From: an uncultured Candidatus Saccharibacteria bacterium
GTDB lineage: Bacteria > Patescibacteriota > Saccharimonadia > Saccharimonadales > Saccharimonadaceae
Length of the DNA: 64,000 bases
NCBI GenBank assembly: GCA_963548065.1
Contig: CAUUSZ010000001.1
Location: 22,594 to 86,593, forward strand
Reading direction: 5' to 3'
This document shows, piece after piece, positions 37,212 through 46,035 of the stretch. The stretch's first letter is position 1; every line of letters begins with the position of its first letter. Position numbers and translations under genes: made by a program. A model generated the notes under the pieces. That model did no database searches and was not told the origin of the DNA. It worked only from the letters and a program-made list of their open reading frames with translations.

Positions 37212-37787
37212 ATGTACACCCGCACCATCGCCATACCATCCTCCAGCCAGACTCAAACATTGCGCCTGGTTAAGCCAAGCCCAGCTTATGCGCCAATTAC
37301 CATCCAGTGGATTCATCGGCCAGAGGTGACACAGTACTTGGGTGCGGATTTTTCGCAGATGACTGAGGAAGACGAAGTAGCACACCTCCAGAATATGCTT
37401 GATGATGACGATCGGTACAGCTGGATGATCGAGCGCAACGGTGAGATCGTTGGCAATATTGAAATCAACGATATAAGAAAACTTAGCCACAAATACGGCG
37501 TCACAGCTGGGGCATTTTGTACACTGATTGGCGATCCGAAAAACTGGGGTCAAGGCCTTGGGAGTTGTGCCAAGCAAGCAGCTTGCAATTGGGCGTTTTC
37601 TGAAGGTGGTTTTGCAATAATTGAGGCAAAGGCCTACATGCAAAACGTCCGCAGCTGGAATGCGCTCGAGAGGCTTGGCTATCGGTACACAGGAATCGAG
37701 CAAGGTGAAGTTGCGGGCGAGGCAGTGAAATGGAGGGTGTACACACTGGCAAGGGCTGATTGGGAGGAGCTGAGTTGGGCGAAGTAA
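37212..37787 (+). CDS. GNAT family N-acetyltransferase (RimJ/RimL-like)
   Basis: The acetyl-CoA motif region is TLIGDPKNWGQGLGSCAKQAACNWAF, and the size is typical. Confidence 0.8.
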   Translation: MYTRTIAIPSSSQTQTLRLVKPSPAYAPITIQWIHRPEVTQYLGADFSQMTEEDEVAHLQNMLDDDDRYSWMIERNGEIVGNIEINDIRKLSHKYGVTAGAFCTLIGDPKNWGQGLGSCAKQAACNWAFSEGGFAIIEAKAYMQNVRSWNALERLGYRYTGIEQGEVAGEAVKWRVYTLARADWEELSWAK

Positions 37788-38045
37788 CGACTATCTTATT
37801 TCTCTTACTGAAGATTTGTGGCATTTCATGTCTTTTGTAACGTTCTTCAGTCTTTCTCGTGTGCCCAGCCTATTTCTCTTCTAACCCCGCTCACGAATCG
37901 TCGTCTTCTCATAGCATATCAGATGATTCACATCACGATTCTGCATCAATCGCTGCAACCAGTGCAGCAATAGACGTATACTGCGGCTGCGTGCCATCCA
38001 TCATAGCACGCGCCTGAGCAATAGCGCGTTCAGTCTCCTGGTTAG

Positions 38046-39056
38046 CTATTCATAGCCCAGCATATCATATGCCGTGGCCGCCATATAGGCCTGGAGCCGC
38101 CGCACTGCTTGAGCTGCCTCAGGAGCGGGCTGAGCGCTACACACGGCATAATACCCTACTAGGCCAGCAAGCAGCGGCCGGTTCAGCTCAGCCTGCCAGG
38201 CCTGCACATCATAACCGCGGCGCGCCATATCGAGCAAGAACTCGGTTGCACTCCACCGCCTTGGCACATAGGCTGCCCACTGCCAATCAATTAGCTTCAC
38301 GTTATCTTGAGCGGCATGGTAGGCAATTGTCTCGCTCCGCACATCACCGTGGCTCAAGCGGTCACACGGCTGGTTAGCCACCTGCTGAGCCAGCATGGCG
38401 AGATCAGCTAAGCGCTCGGTATTATCAAGCACGGCGCAAAACTGCTCGTAGCGCCGGCGAATCACTGGCTTGCTGGCTTGCTCAGCCCAGGAGCGGTACG
38501 TCTGCTGGAGCTCTTCACGCCGCGTCGCATCATCGCAAAGTAGCCGAAGCCCCTGACACTGCACGACTCGGTCAAACGCCGTGGCATGTAGCGTAAGCGT
38601 CTCAGCTGCCGCCGCAGGCAGCTTGGTCTGCTCAAGCTGGCCAATCGCCCGCAGCACCGCCGCTATATAGCGCTGACTAGCCAGCTTATTCGCCACATCA
38701 GGCGGCTGCCACTGCCAGCCATCCTTAGCAATATACGCCTGGCTCAGCATGATCACCCGCTCATCATCATACTGAACAAACTCCGTCACTAGAGGCGAAC
38801 CGGCCTGCTGCAGCGCCCGAATCACCGCATCATCTTTGCTCAGAGCCGCCGCTAATGCAGCGTGGTTCGAAGCTTCTGGATCGGCCTCCTTGACAAACAC
38901 CCACTGCGCTCCAGCCAGTGCAACAGCTCGCCGGCACCCGGTTGACGCGCCCTCAATTGGCACCACCCGCACCTGATCACGCGCCACTTTGCAGTGCTGC
39001 GCTACCATCGCAAGTGCCGATGGACTCAAAATCTGGGAAGACGACGGCTGACTCAT
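38046..39056 (-). CDS. Phosphotransferase (APH/choline-kinase-like kinase fold)
   Basis: LSHGDVRSETIAY is the HxD catalytic loop, and KLIDWQWA is the DxD/W motif. A TATACT lies 6 nt upstream of the ATG. Confidence 0.7.
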   Translation of the reverse strand: MSQPSSSQILSPSALAMVAQHCKVARDQVRVVPIEGASTGCRRAVALAGAQWVFVKEADPEASNHAALAAALSKDDAVIRALQQAGSPLVTEFVQYDDERVIMLSQAYIAKDGWQWQPPDVANKLASQRYIAAVLRAIGQLEQTKLPAAAAETLTLHATAFDRVVQCQGLRLLCDDATRREELQQTYRSWAEQASKPVIRRRYEQFCAVLDNTERLADLAMLAQQVANQPCDRLSHGDVRSETIAYHAAQDNVKLIDWQWAAYVPRRWSATEFLLDMARRGYDVQAWQAELNRPLLAGLVGYYAVCSAQPAPEAAQAVRRLQAYMAATAYDMLGYE

Positions 39057-39139
39057 ACCTCTAGTATAGCAAAGGTATCATAAATCACCATACTGACGAA
39101 GACGCGGCCCATCGCACGCTTCTCTGCTTCCCCTCTATA

Positions 39140-39181
39140 CAAGAACAAAAACACACTAAGACCCGCTCATCCAAGCGGGTC
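39140..39181 (-). terminator. Intrinsic terminator after the PspC gene
   Basis: The minus strand reads GACCCGC-ttggatga-GCGGGTC followed by TTAGTGTGTTTTTGTT. Confidence 0.65.
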
Positions 39182-39204
39182 ATTAGTGCCTATCCTCACC
39201 GCAG

Positions 39205-40491
39205 CTACGACCGATCAGTCACCACATCAGGGCGATGGTCCACCTCCATCATCTGTGGTGATGGCCCATAGACGCGGATGCTGACATAATCCTTGGGTGA
39301 GTAGGTACACGTCGAGAAGAGGTTGTGGCGATCACGGCAGGCATCATGCTGCACGGTCACAATAGCCCGGCTGCCTTCCTTAGCAATCGTCGCTGTTGGC
39401 TCTTTGACACCCTTCATCTGCAGGTAATCTATCTCAACACGCGGTTTTTCAGCATAACCCCCATAGCTTACCCTGGCGGTGCCATCGACACGCACTGTAG
39501 TGGCATCGGCGACGTCAACTACCTTGGTGCGCTGCACGTCGCGCATCTGGCGGTCGAGACTCATCCCCGCATTCATGCCACCAACCGCTAGGCCAGAGAT
39601 AGCAACCGCCCCAACGAGGAGCATCGCTAGCATCGCAATACCAACCGGCCGCTTCAGCCGCCAGGCAAAGATACTCCATGCACCAAGTGAGAGCAAAGCA
39701 GTCAGAGCGACGCCGCCGAGCACTGCACAGCCATATGCCAACCACAGCCAGCTCTGCGCAGCAAAGTCGCCCATGCTTGAGACCATAGTCGCGCTCATTA
39801 CGCCACCGACCATCAGTGCGACGAGTGCACCCAGCGCCATCATCAAGACCCCACAGCCGATCATAATGCGCAGCACCTTCGCAGCAGTCTGGGCCGCTTG
39901 GCTACCGCTGGCAGGCTCGGCAGCGGCTTTTTTTAAGCTATCAAACGTCACTGGCTTACCTGCCATACGCAGCTTATCCGACGCCGTGACGGCTGGTGGA
40001 ACAGAAAGCCACATCACGATATAGATCAGCAGCGCCGTCCCAAACGTCATAAAAGGTGAGACGATTGCCAGGAGACGAATCCACAGCGGGCTAATTCCAA
40101 AGTATGCCGCTACCCCAGCACATACCCCACCGATCAACGCATGATTTGTATCGCGCATCAGCTGCTTGGGTGCCCCATCCGCGAGAGCCGCCTCAGCTGC
40201 ATCTCGCAGCGCAGCATCGTCATCTCCTGCCTCGGCTTCACTGGCAAACTCCCGAGGTTCGCCCATCTGACCGCGCAGCGCCGTGACGTCCTCAGTAGTC
40301 ACCACACCATCGCGCGTCACACCGCGCTCGGCCAGCAGCTCGACCATCCGCGCTTCGATCTCGCGCATTGCTTCTGGTTCGGCATGCATCCGCTGCTGAA
40401 TCGACGCCAGATACTCTCCCAGCGCGTGCTTCGCCTCGACCTCAACACGAAACGGTGTCTTGGCGAGGTGGATATTGGTAATTTCCTTCAT
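39205..40491 (-). CDS. PspC domain-containing membrane protein
   Basis: LMRDTNHALIGGVCAGVAAYFGISPLWIRLLAIV is the PspC domain signature, followed by several TM helices. The SD is AAGGAGG. Confidence 0.8.
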   Translation of the reverse strand: MKEITNIHLAKTPFRVEVEAKHALGEYLASIQQRMHAEPEAMREIEARMVELLAERGVTRDGVVTTEDVTALRGQMGEPREFASEAEAGDDDAALRDAAEAALADGAPKQLMRDTNHALIGGVCAGVAAYFGISPLWIRLLAIVSPFMTFGTALLIYIVMWLSVPPAVTASDKLRMAGKPVTFDSLKKAAAEPASGSQAAQTAAKVLRIMIGCGVLMMALGALVALMVGGVMSATMVSSMGDFAAQSWLWLAYGCAVLGGVALTALLSLGAWSIFAWRLKRPVGIAMLAMLLVGAVAISGLAVGGMNAGMSLDRQMRDVQRTKVVDVADATTVRVDGTARVSYGGYAEKPRVEIDYLQMKGVKEPTATIAKEGSRAIVTVQHDACRDRHNLFSTCTYSPKDYVSIRVYGPSPQMMEVDHRPDVVTDRS

Positions 40492-40503
40492 GACATGTCC
40501 TCC

Positions 40504-40833
40504 TTACAACTTCTCTATTGTACTACTTAGTGCCGCAATATTGTGTTTGAGCTGCTTGGTCACCTCTGCGCCAAATGGTGTGGCCGTATAGTATTTGCGT
40601 GGTGGCCCTTGCTCACTTTCTTTCCATTCGTGTTGCAAGAGCCCGTCCTTTTGCAAGCGACTCAGTAATGGGTAGATCGTCCCCTCCACCACCATCAGGT
40701 CAGCCTGACGGAGCTGCTGGATGATCTCGCTGGTGTAGCGCGGCTCCTTAGCACACACCACCAGCACGCAGTACGATAAGAAGCCTTTGCGCAGCTGTGT
40801 CGTCAGCGCCTCGGCATAGTCAGTTGCATTCAT
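40504..40833 (-). CDS. PadR family transcriptional regulator
   Basis: LRKGFLSYCVLVVCAKEPRYTSEIIQQL....VVEGTIYPLLSRLQKDGLL is the PadR wHTH signature. Confidence 0.85.
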   Translation of the reverse strand: MNATDYAEALTTQLRKGFLSYCVLVVCAKEPRYTSEIIQQLRQADLMVVEGTIYPLLSRLQKDGLLQHEWKESEQGPPRKYYTATPFGAEVTKQLKHNIAALSSTIEKL

Positions 40834-41519
40834 CAGTGTCCCCCTGGGATGTTATGGCGTGTGACACGCCCGTCTTTGATCACCACTTGGTAATCACATT
40901 GCTTAGCTAGATCCGCATCGTGCGTCACAATAATCAGCGTTGTGCCGTGCTCGCGCTGCTGGCGAAAGAGTAGCTCCTCGATCTGGGTACCCGTCTCGCT
41001 ATCCAGGTTGCCAGTTGGCTCATCAGCAAATAGGATCTTCGGCTCGCCCACGATTGCCCGGGCAATCGCCAGACGCTGCTTCTGCCCACCAGACAAATCC
41101 TTGGCCTTATTGTGCTTTTTGCTGGCCAGGCCGACCGCCTCGAGCGCCTGGTTTACCTTGGCACTGCGCTGCGCCCGCGGCACACCAGCGATCTCCAGCG
41201 GTAGCATCACGTTACTCACCACGCTATCGTTACCCTCGACAAAGAAACTCTGGAAGATGAAGCTGATCGTCCGTGCCCGGAAGGCATCAACCTGCCGCGG
41301 CTTCATCTGCAGGATATCTCGCCCGCCGATCACTACCTGCCCTGTCTGTGGCCGGTCGAGACCAGAGATCGCGTGCATCAAGGTAGACTTACCCGAGCCG
41401 GACTTGCCGAGGATAGCTACACTCGCGCCTCCAGGGATGGTGAGGTTGATATCATTAAGTGCCTTAAATTGGTTGTGCTTTTTGCCATAGGTTTTGGTAA
41501 TATGCCGTAGTTCAATCAT
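40833..41519 (-). CDS. ABC transporter ATP-binding protein (MacB/LolD/FtsE-like)
   Basis: Walker A is GKSGSGKST, the signature is LSGGQKQR and Walker B is ILFADEPT. Confidence 0.9.
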   Translation of the reverse strand: MIELRHITKTYGKKHNQFKALNDINLTIPGGASVAILGKSGSGKSTLMHAISGLDRPQTGQVVIGGRDILQMKPRQVDAFRARTISFIFQSFFVEGNDSVVSNVMLPLEIAGVPRAQRSAKVNQALEAVGLASKKHNKAKDLSGGQKQRLAIARAIVGEPKILFADEPTGNLDSETGTQIEELLFRQQREHGTTLIIVTHDADLAKQCDYQVVIKDGRVTRHNIPGGH

Positions 41520-41534
41520 GTCCTTCTCCTTATT

Positions 41535-42809
41535 CTATTCTGTCCTTAGTGCCTCGATTGGGTCAAGCTTGGTTGCTTTGCGGCTTGGCAAGTAGCTGGC
41601 AATAATACCCAGGATGGCCAGCAGCAATACCAGGGCGATCATCTGCCAAGCTTCAGGCAAAAGCACCTGCATACCCTGCTCGAATTTGAGCTTTTCGACG
41701 ATCCATGGGTTAAGCAAGCTCAGCAGACTGGCCCCACCTGCGCCAATCACCCCACCGATGACGCCGATCAGCGCCGCCTCGTAGCGGAAGAGCTTACCAA
41801 CATCGCGGCTGCGCATCCCCAGCGCCTTCATCAGGCCAATCTGCTGCGTTCGCTCCAGCACCGAGATGTACATGGTGTTAATAATCCCAAACATACTGGC
41901 CAGCAACGCCAGGGCACCAAAGGCGAGCAGAGCATACTGCGCCCCATTGATGAGACTGAGCATACCTTCCTTTGCTTCAGTAAAGGTCTGGGCTTGGTAG
42001 TCGCCACCACCCAGCTTGACGACGGCGTCTTTGACGGCAGCGGCGTGCTCGTCGCCATCTGCCCGCACCACCACGCTAAAGTACTGGTTGGCTTTGCCGG
42101 GGGCTTTGGTTTTGTTGTTAATCAGCATGGCGTCATCGGTGGTAATCGTCACACCGGGCTGGTAGCCAATTGATGCCATACCGGCTGTCTCGACCGCCAC
42201 GATCGTGAGCTGTTTGTCATGCACGCCACCCGGCCCCTCGGCGTGCAATGTGATGGTTTTGCCCACGGCATCCTGGGCCGTACCAAAGCCAAAGTCTGCT
42301 AGATATTCCTTGGCCAGGATGGCTTGGCCGGGCGCCAGGTCGGTGCCATCATCAGTCTTTGTCAACTCACCAGCCACAATCTTGGATGATTTACCCTCAT
42401 TCTTGACGTTGATGGAGGCAATCAGCCGCTTGTGGTTAGCCGGGCTCTCCACATAGCGCACCGCCTGGGTCACATTGACATACGGCCGCACTGCCTTGAC
42501 GTGATCGAGCTTGCTGAGCTTGGCGACATCGTCATCACTCAGCATCACAGCACCAGTCTCGCTGATGGCCTTGTTCTGGCCGTATTCAGGCAGCTTGGTT
42601 TCGTCACGGGCGTGCGTCACATACACCGTCGAGGCACTACCGGCACTATCAATCACCGAGGTCAAGAAAGCCCGGCCGCCATTGCCCAGCATCAGCGCCA
42701 AACCAATTGTAAATGCTCCCACTGACATCGCCAGTGCTGTTAGTGCTGTGCGAGCCTTGGCTTGGCGCAGGTTCCGCCCTGCTCGCTTGATTATATCGAT
42801 TCTCCTCAT
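41535..42809 (-). CDS. ABC transporter permease (FtsX/MacB-type)
   Basis: An N-terminal TM helix, a large extracytoplasmic domain and a C-terminal FtsX 3-TM bundle are present, and the protein ends KLDPIEALRTE. Confidence 0.85.
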   Translation of the reverse strand: MRRIDIIKRAGRNLRQAKARTALTALAMSVGAFTIGLALMLGNGGRAFLTSVIDSAGSASTVYVTHARDETKLPEYGQNKAISETGAVMLSDDDVAKLSKLDHVKAVRPYVNVTQAVRYVESPANHKRLIASINVKNEGKSSKIVAGELTKTDDGTDLAPGQAILAKEYLADFGFGTAQDAVGKTITLHAEGPGGVHDKQLTIVAVETAGMASIGYQPGVTITTDDAMLINNKTKAPGKANQYFSVVVRADGDEHAAAVKDAVVKLGGGDYQAQTFTEAKEGMLSLINGAQYALLAFGALALLASMFGIINTMYISVLERTQQIGLMKALGMRSRDVGKLFRYEAALIGVIGGVIGAGGASLLSLLNPWIVEKLKFEQGMQVLLPEAWQMIALVLLLAILGIIASYLPSRKATKLDPIEALRTE

Positions 42810-43332
42810 TCGATACTCCTTACTATATTATTGTTATTGCCTGGTACTATGCTATACAAGGTATATTGAAATGTCAAGTAGTTTGAGAAATAAAGTACTA
42901 AATACTTAGCTCTTCTTCCACTCACTGCCTATATTGTCCAGCCGAGGAACGATTTATATTTCACTGTCACGCTTCGCAGCTTGCCGCACCACACTTACTG
43001 TGTACCCATGTAAAAGTATTATTTATAGTCAGATACTAAGGCACCAAGTATTTCACTGACTGGTAACTCTGTATTTTTCAGCGTTAGGTCTTACCCCTAT
43101 AGTATATTACTTAACATGAGTTCTCTTGTTTAGAGATATAAATAAACGAGCTCCTCGTCTATATTTCTTGGTGGTGTTCACGGTTGATTATTAAATATAA
43201 TACATTGAATGTCACCAACATTATTTGCGCCCAGCGCAAGCCATATCTCAGCTTTTGCCCTATACTTGTCTACGGAAGATATTACCTGCAATCTAGATAT
43301 AACATCATATGCACTGCTGCCAATAACATACG

Positions 43333-45216
43333 TTATACCCCCCAAGGTTTTTCGTTGTTTGTGATCTGAATTGAGAAGTCATGTAGCCTACCATCATCTT
43401 TATTAGTTTGAGTATTAACTTTCTTTATCTGCTTCATCAGAGCGTCTATAACATTGTGAGGTATCGTCATTAGAAAGAAAATAGCATCAGTTACCGAGGG
43501 ATTATTGATCTGCTTGATCATGTCGATAAGTTGTTTAAAATCTTTATTCTGCCAAGGATCAAGTAAGGCATCTTCCTTTTTAGGTTTTGGTGCACCCATT
43601 TTCCTATGATAGTAATCTGCATCAAGAGCCTGACTAAAAGACTGATCTAGCAGAAGCATGTCAGAATTTTTAGGCATAAATAGTCCATGTCGCAGATGAT
43701 ATGCGAGGTGAACAACCTCATTTGACGATACTATGTCTTTGTGGTTTTCAAGGCGCTGTTTAATGTAAAAAACAAACTCGTAGGGATCTTTGAAATACTC
43801 AGCCATCAAATCAAGGTCAAACAGGCTGAGTTGTATTGGCGGGAATTGGTTGACATCAGCCAAAAACACGCGTATTTGATCCATTGCCGCCGGGTATGGC
43901 TCGTTTGATACGCATAATATATACGCGTGCTTTATACTTTCCGGTGGTATAATTTGGTTGCCAGACTTATCAACTAATTTGTAGGGCTCATTACTCAGAA
44001 TTGTGTCGCGTGCTTTTATGCCTTGCTTGTAAGGGTCAATGACTGCCTTCTGAAAATCGGATTTAATCGCTTCAACATCACCATTGAGTGCAGAAGCCGT
44101 CATTTTTTTACTTTTGTTCTGGGCAATAATAGCTGTATTACCAACTATCCCCATAACATCAATATCGGTCAAGGTATTCTTTCCTTTAACTATCTTCGTA
44201 GCTTTATATGTATTCGTCTCGCCAAATATACTTTTGAAGTAGTCATATGTTATATCTTCGGCTACCTCACCAATATGTCTGTTAACAGTATTGACATATT
44301 GCTTATCTTGACGCATCCAATACAAAGGGCTTTTGTATATAGCTGAGGCTAACGTCATCATGTTCGGGAAGAAGTAGATGTCGTTTCCTAGGTTAATAAT
44401 AGGTTTGTAAGTGAATATACTCTCATTGCCAGGCTCATTGAATGTTTCTAGCTGATCACCAAACGAACAGTTAAACAAGTCAAGAAATACTTGAATGTCT
44501 TCTTTTGTAATTTTTTTGTCTGTGGCTTGTACAATTTTAACGATATAGTCGAGAGGAAATGCCATTTCGTCTATTGCACGTAAGGATTTTGCCTGCTCAT
44601 GGGTAGATATCGAGCGAGCAAGGTGTATACTATTAAACATATTCTTTAAGGCGAAAAAAATAGTCTTTGCCTTTGTGATGTTAAACTTCGTATTTGCTTC
44701 AATCCAATCTTTATCCTGTGCATATAGTCGTTGTGCTATCTCGAATGACTGTATATCATAAAACCCTGTATCACCATAAAAAGTAGTTTCTATAATCATC
44801 TCTTTACTACCAAAGATCTCTCGAAACTCTTTTTCTTTCTCTTCATCGCTCATAGCCTTGATCTGTTCTGATGAGTGTTTCATTATAGCTTCGTCAAAAT
44901 TATACATATAAGTACTATGAAGCTCATCGAGTAATAACCTGGTGTATTTGATTGCTTCATCGATTTGTTCCTTGTTAATCTCATTAAAACTGACTGCTTC
45001 ATTTTTAAGCATTAGACCCATAAGAAATGCTACCTCATTGCTATGCAATCTCGCACGCCAGTCAATATTAGCTACATTTTGTACATCTACAAAGAAATCT
45101 TTTGAAATAGCCTCTGCAAAGGCAAATATATAACCTTTTGTTGCTAAAAGTAGTTCTATATCAGATATAATATCCTCTCGCGAGCGTTTCTCTGCTATAC
45201 TCTCACTATCTCTCAT
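43333..45216 (-). CDS. Large hypothetical protein with central Mrr/NERD-like PD-(D/E)xK nuclease motif
   Basis: The 627 aa product runs from ATG 45216 (MRDSES), with a TATAAT (45229..45224) 7 nt upstream. The central segment is HIGEVAEDITYDYFKSIF...TLTDIDVMGIVGNTAIIAQNKSKK. It fits the E...D(I/G)D...(E/Q)xK pattern of Mrr_cat/NERD restriction-endonuclease-fold domains. Confidence 0.65.
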   Translation of the reverse strand: MRDSESIAEKRSREDIISDIELLLATKGYIFAFAEAISKDFFVDVQNVANIDWRARLHSNEVAFLMGLMLKNEAVSFNEINKEQIDEAIKYTRLLLDELHSTYMYNFDEAIMKHSSEQIKAMSDEEKEKEFREIFGSKEMIIETTFYGDTGFYDIQSFEIAQRLYAQDKDWIEANTKFNITKAKTIFFALKNMFNSIHLARSISTHEQAKSLRAIDEMAFPLDYIVKIVQATDKKITKEDIQVFLDLFNCSFGDQLETFNEPGNESIFTYKPIINLGNDIYFFPNMMTLASAIYKSPLYWMRQDKQYVNTVNRHIGEVAEDITYDYFKSIFGETNTYKATKIVKGKNTLTDIDVMGIVGNTAIIAQNKSKKMTASALNGDVEAIKSDFQKAVIDPYKQGIKARDTILSNEPYKLVDKSGNQIIPPESIKHAYILCVSNEPYPAAMDQIRVFLADVNQFPPIQLSLFDLDLMAEYFKDPYEFVFYIKQRLENHKDIVSSNEVVHLAYHLRHGLFMPKNSDMLLLDQSFSQALDADYYHRKMGAPKPKKEDALLDPWQNKDFKQLIDMIKQINNPSVTDAIFFLMTIPHNVIDALMKQIKKVNTQTNKDDGRLHDFSIQITNNEKPWGV

Positions 45217-45464
45217 GTATAACATTATACCGTTAGACTTATTTATTAGATTAATATAATATTTTCAACAACACCATAGCTATATCGCCTAGGCGAAATC
45301 TCAATACCTCTGCCACACCTACTAACAAACACACCGGAAAGAATCGCTCTATGACGGCATAACAAAAGATGACACCCACTTCTGTATCCAAATCAAAGAG
45401 GATAAGCACAGCGATCGCCAAGACTTCATGTCAATGTTTGAGCGTCGACCACGATAATTACTCT

Positions 45465-45543
45465 AAAATAAAAATCTCCCGCGGTGCAGCCTAGAAACTA
45501 CTTACCGGAGATTTTAAGCAACACAGCGATTAACTATGTCTAG
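45465..45543 (-). ncRNA. Candidate small RNA, unit 1
   Basis: This is the predicted transcript between the promoter at 45550..45577 and the hairpin plus T-run at 45465..45512. There is no SD or meaningful ORF. It is homologous to unit 2. Confidence 0.45.
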
Positions 45544-45549
45544 TTATAG

Positions 45550-45577
45550 ACTATATGCCTTTCGGCAGTCATGTCAA
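45550..45577 (-). promoter_or_regulatory. Sigma70-type promoter of unit 1
   Basis: The minus strand carries TTGACA (45577..45572), a 16 nt spacer, then TATAGT (45555..45550). Confidence 0.55.
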
Positions 45578-45611
45578 TGGCTATTTTCATAATTTTCATC
45601 AAAATACGCCA

Positions 45612-45686
45612 ACAAAAAATCTCCCGCTGTGTGACCTGAAAACCACCCGCCGGAGATTAGAGTGACACGGCGTTAGCCTGTATCTG
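45612..45686 (-). ncRNA. Candidate small RNA, unit 2
   Basis: This is the predicted transcript between the promoter at 45693..45720 and the hairpin (45619..45657) plus T6 run. It is homologous to unit 1. Confidence 0.45.
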
Positions 45687-45692
45687 CCTATA

Positions 45693-45720
45693 ATTATATG
45701 TCTTTTGATACCATTGTCAA
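45693..45720 (-). promoter_or_regulatory. Consensus sigma70-type promoter of unit 2
   Basis: The minus strand carries TTGACA (45720..45715), a 16 nt spacer, then TATAAT (45698..45693). Both hexamers match the consensus perfectly. Confidence 0.6.
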
Positions 45721-45799
45721 CAGCAACTCTGGAATTTACGTCCGACTTTACTTCGAAATTCTCTCAACATTTATCTTTTTTGTTTATCCTGCATATTTT

Positions 45800-46035
45800 C
45801 TACTACTTTTATCATGAAGATTAATAGACAGACAAAAACAATATTGAGAAGTTTGAAGGCGAAGATTTTATGTTCCAATTAACTGATGAGGAAATATCTG
45901 CACTTTCAAGGTCGCAAAATGTGACCTTGAACAAAGGAGCAGGGTATTTATATGCTTATGACTGTATTAAGGGGAGAACGTGCTATTAAGCAAAGGAGAG
46001 CCTTAATGAGAACATTTAAGCAGATGAAAAATGGA
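45800..46035 (+). pseudogene. Decayed, internally deleted fragment of an ORF6N-type gene (inverted relative to the intact copy)
   Basis: The plus strand reads ..GAAGATTTTATGTTCCAATTAACTGATGAGGAA..TCGCAAAATGTGACCTTGAACAAAGGAGCAGGGTATTTATATGCTTATGAC..TTTAAGCAGATGAAAAA. This matches the reverse complement of about 46855..47115 inside the intact gene, with a roughly 57 nt deletion and frame disruption. Confidence 0.6.

Noticed and set aside
37900-38045. A frame just downstream of the kinase-like gene (minus strand) reads ..ANQETERAIAQARAMMDGTQPQYTSIAALVAAIDAES-stop and resembles the C-terminal tail of an antitoxin-like protein.
   Set aside because: Only 23 codons follow the first ATG, there is no partner toxin gene, and the similarity is impressionistic.
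43184-43369. A 61 aa plus-strand ORF lies at the 3' end of the nuclease-like gene.
   Set aside because: It overlaps the stop region of the 627 aa gene and the open minus-strand extension frame. It has no start context and an odd composition.
45395-45725. The tandem repeats could be a CRISPR array.
   Set aside because: The units are about 130 bp and are homologous along their whole length rather than alternating a short identical repeat with unique spacers. Each unit has its own promoter and terminator, and there are no cas genes in the window.
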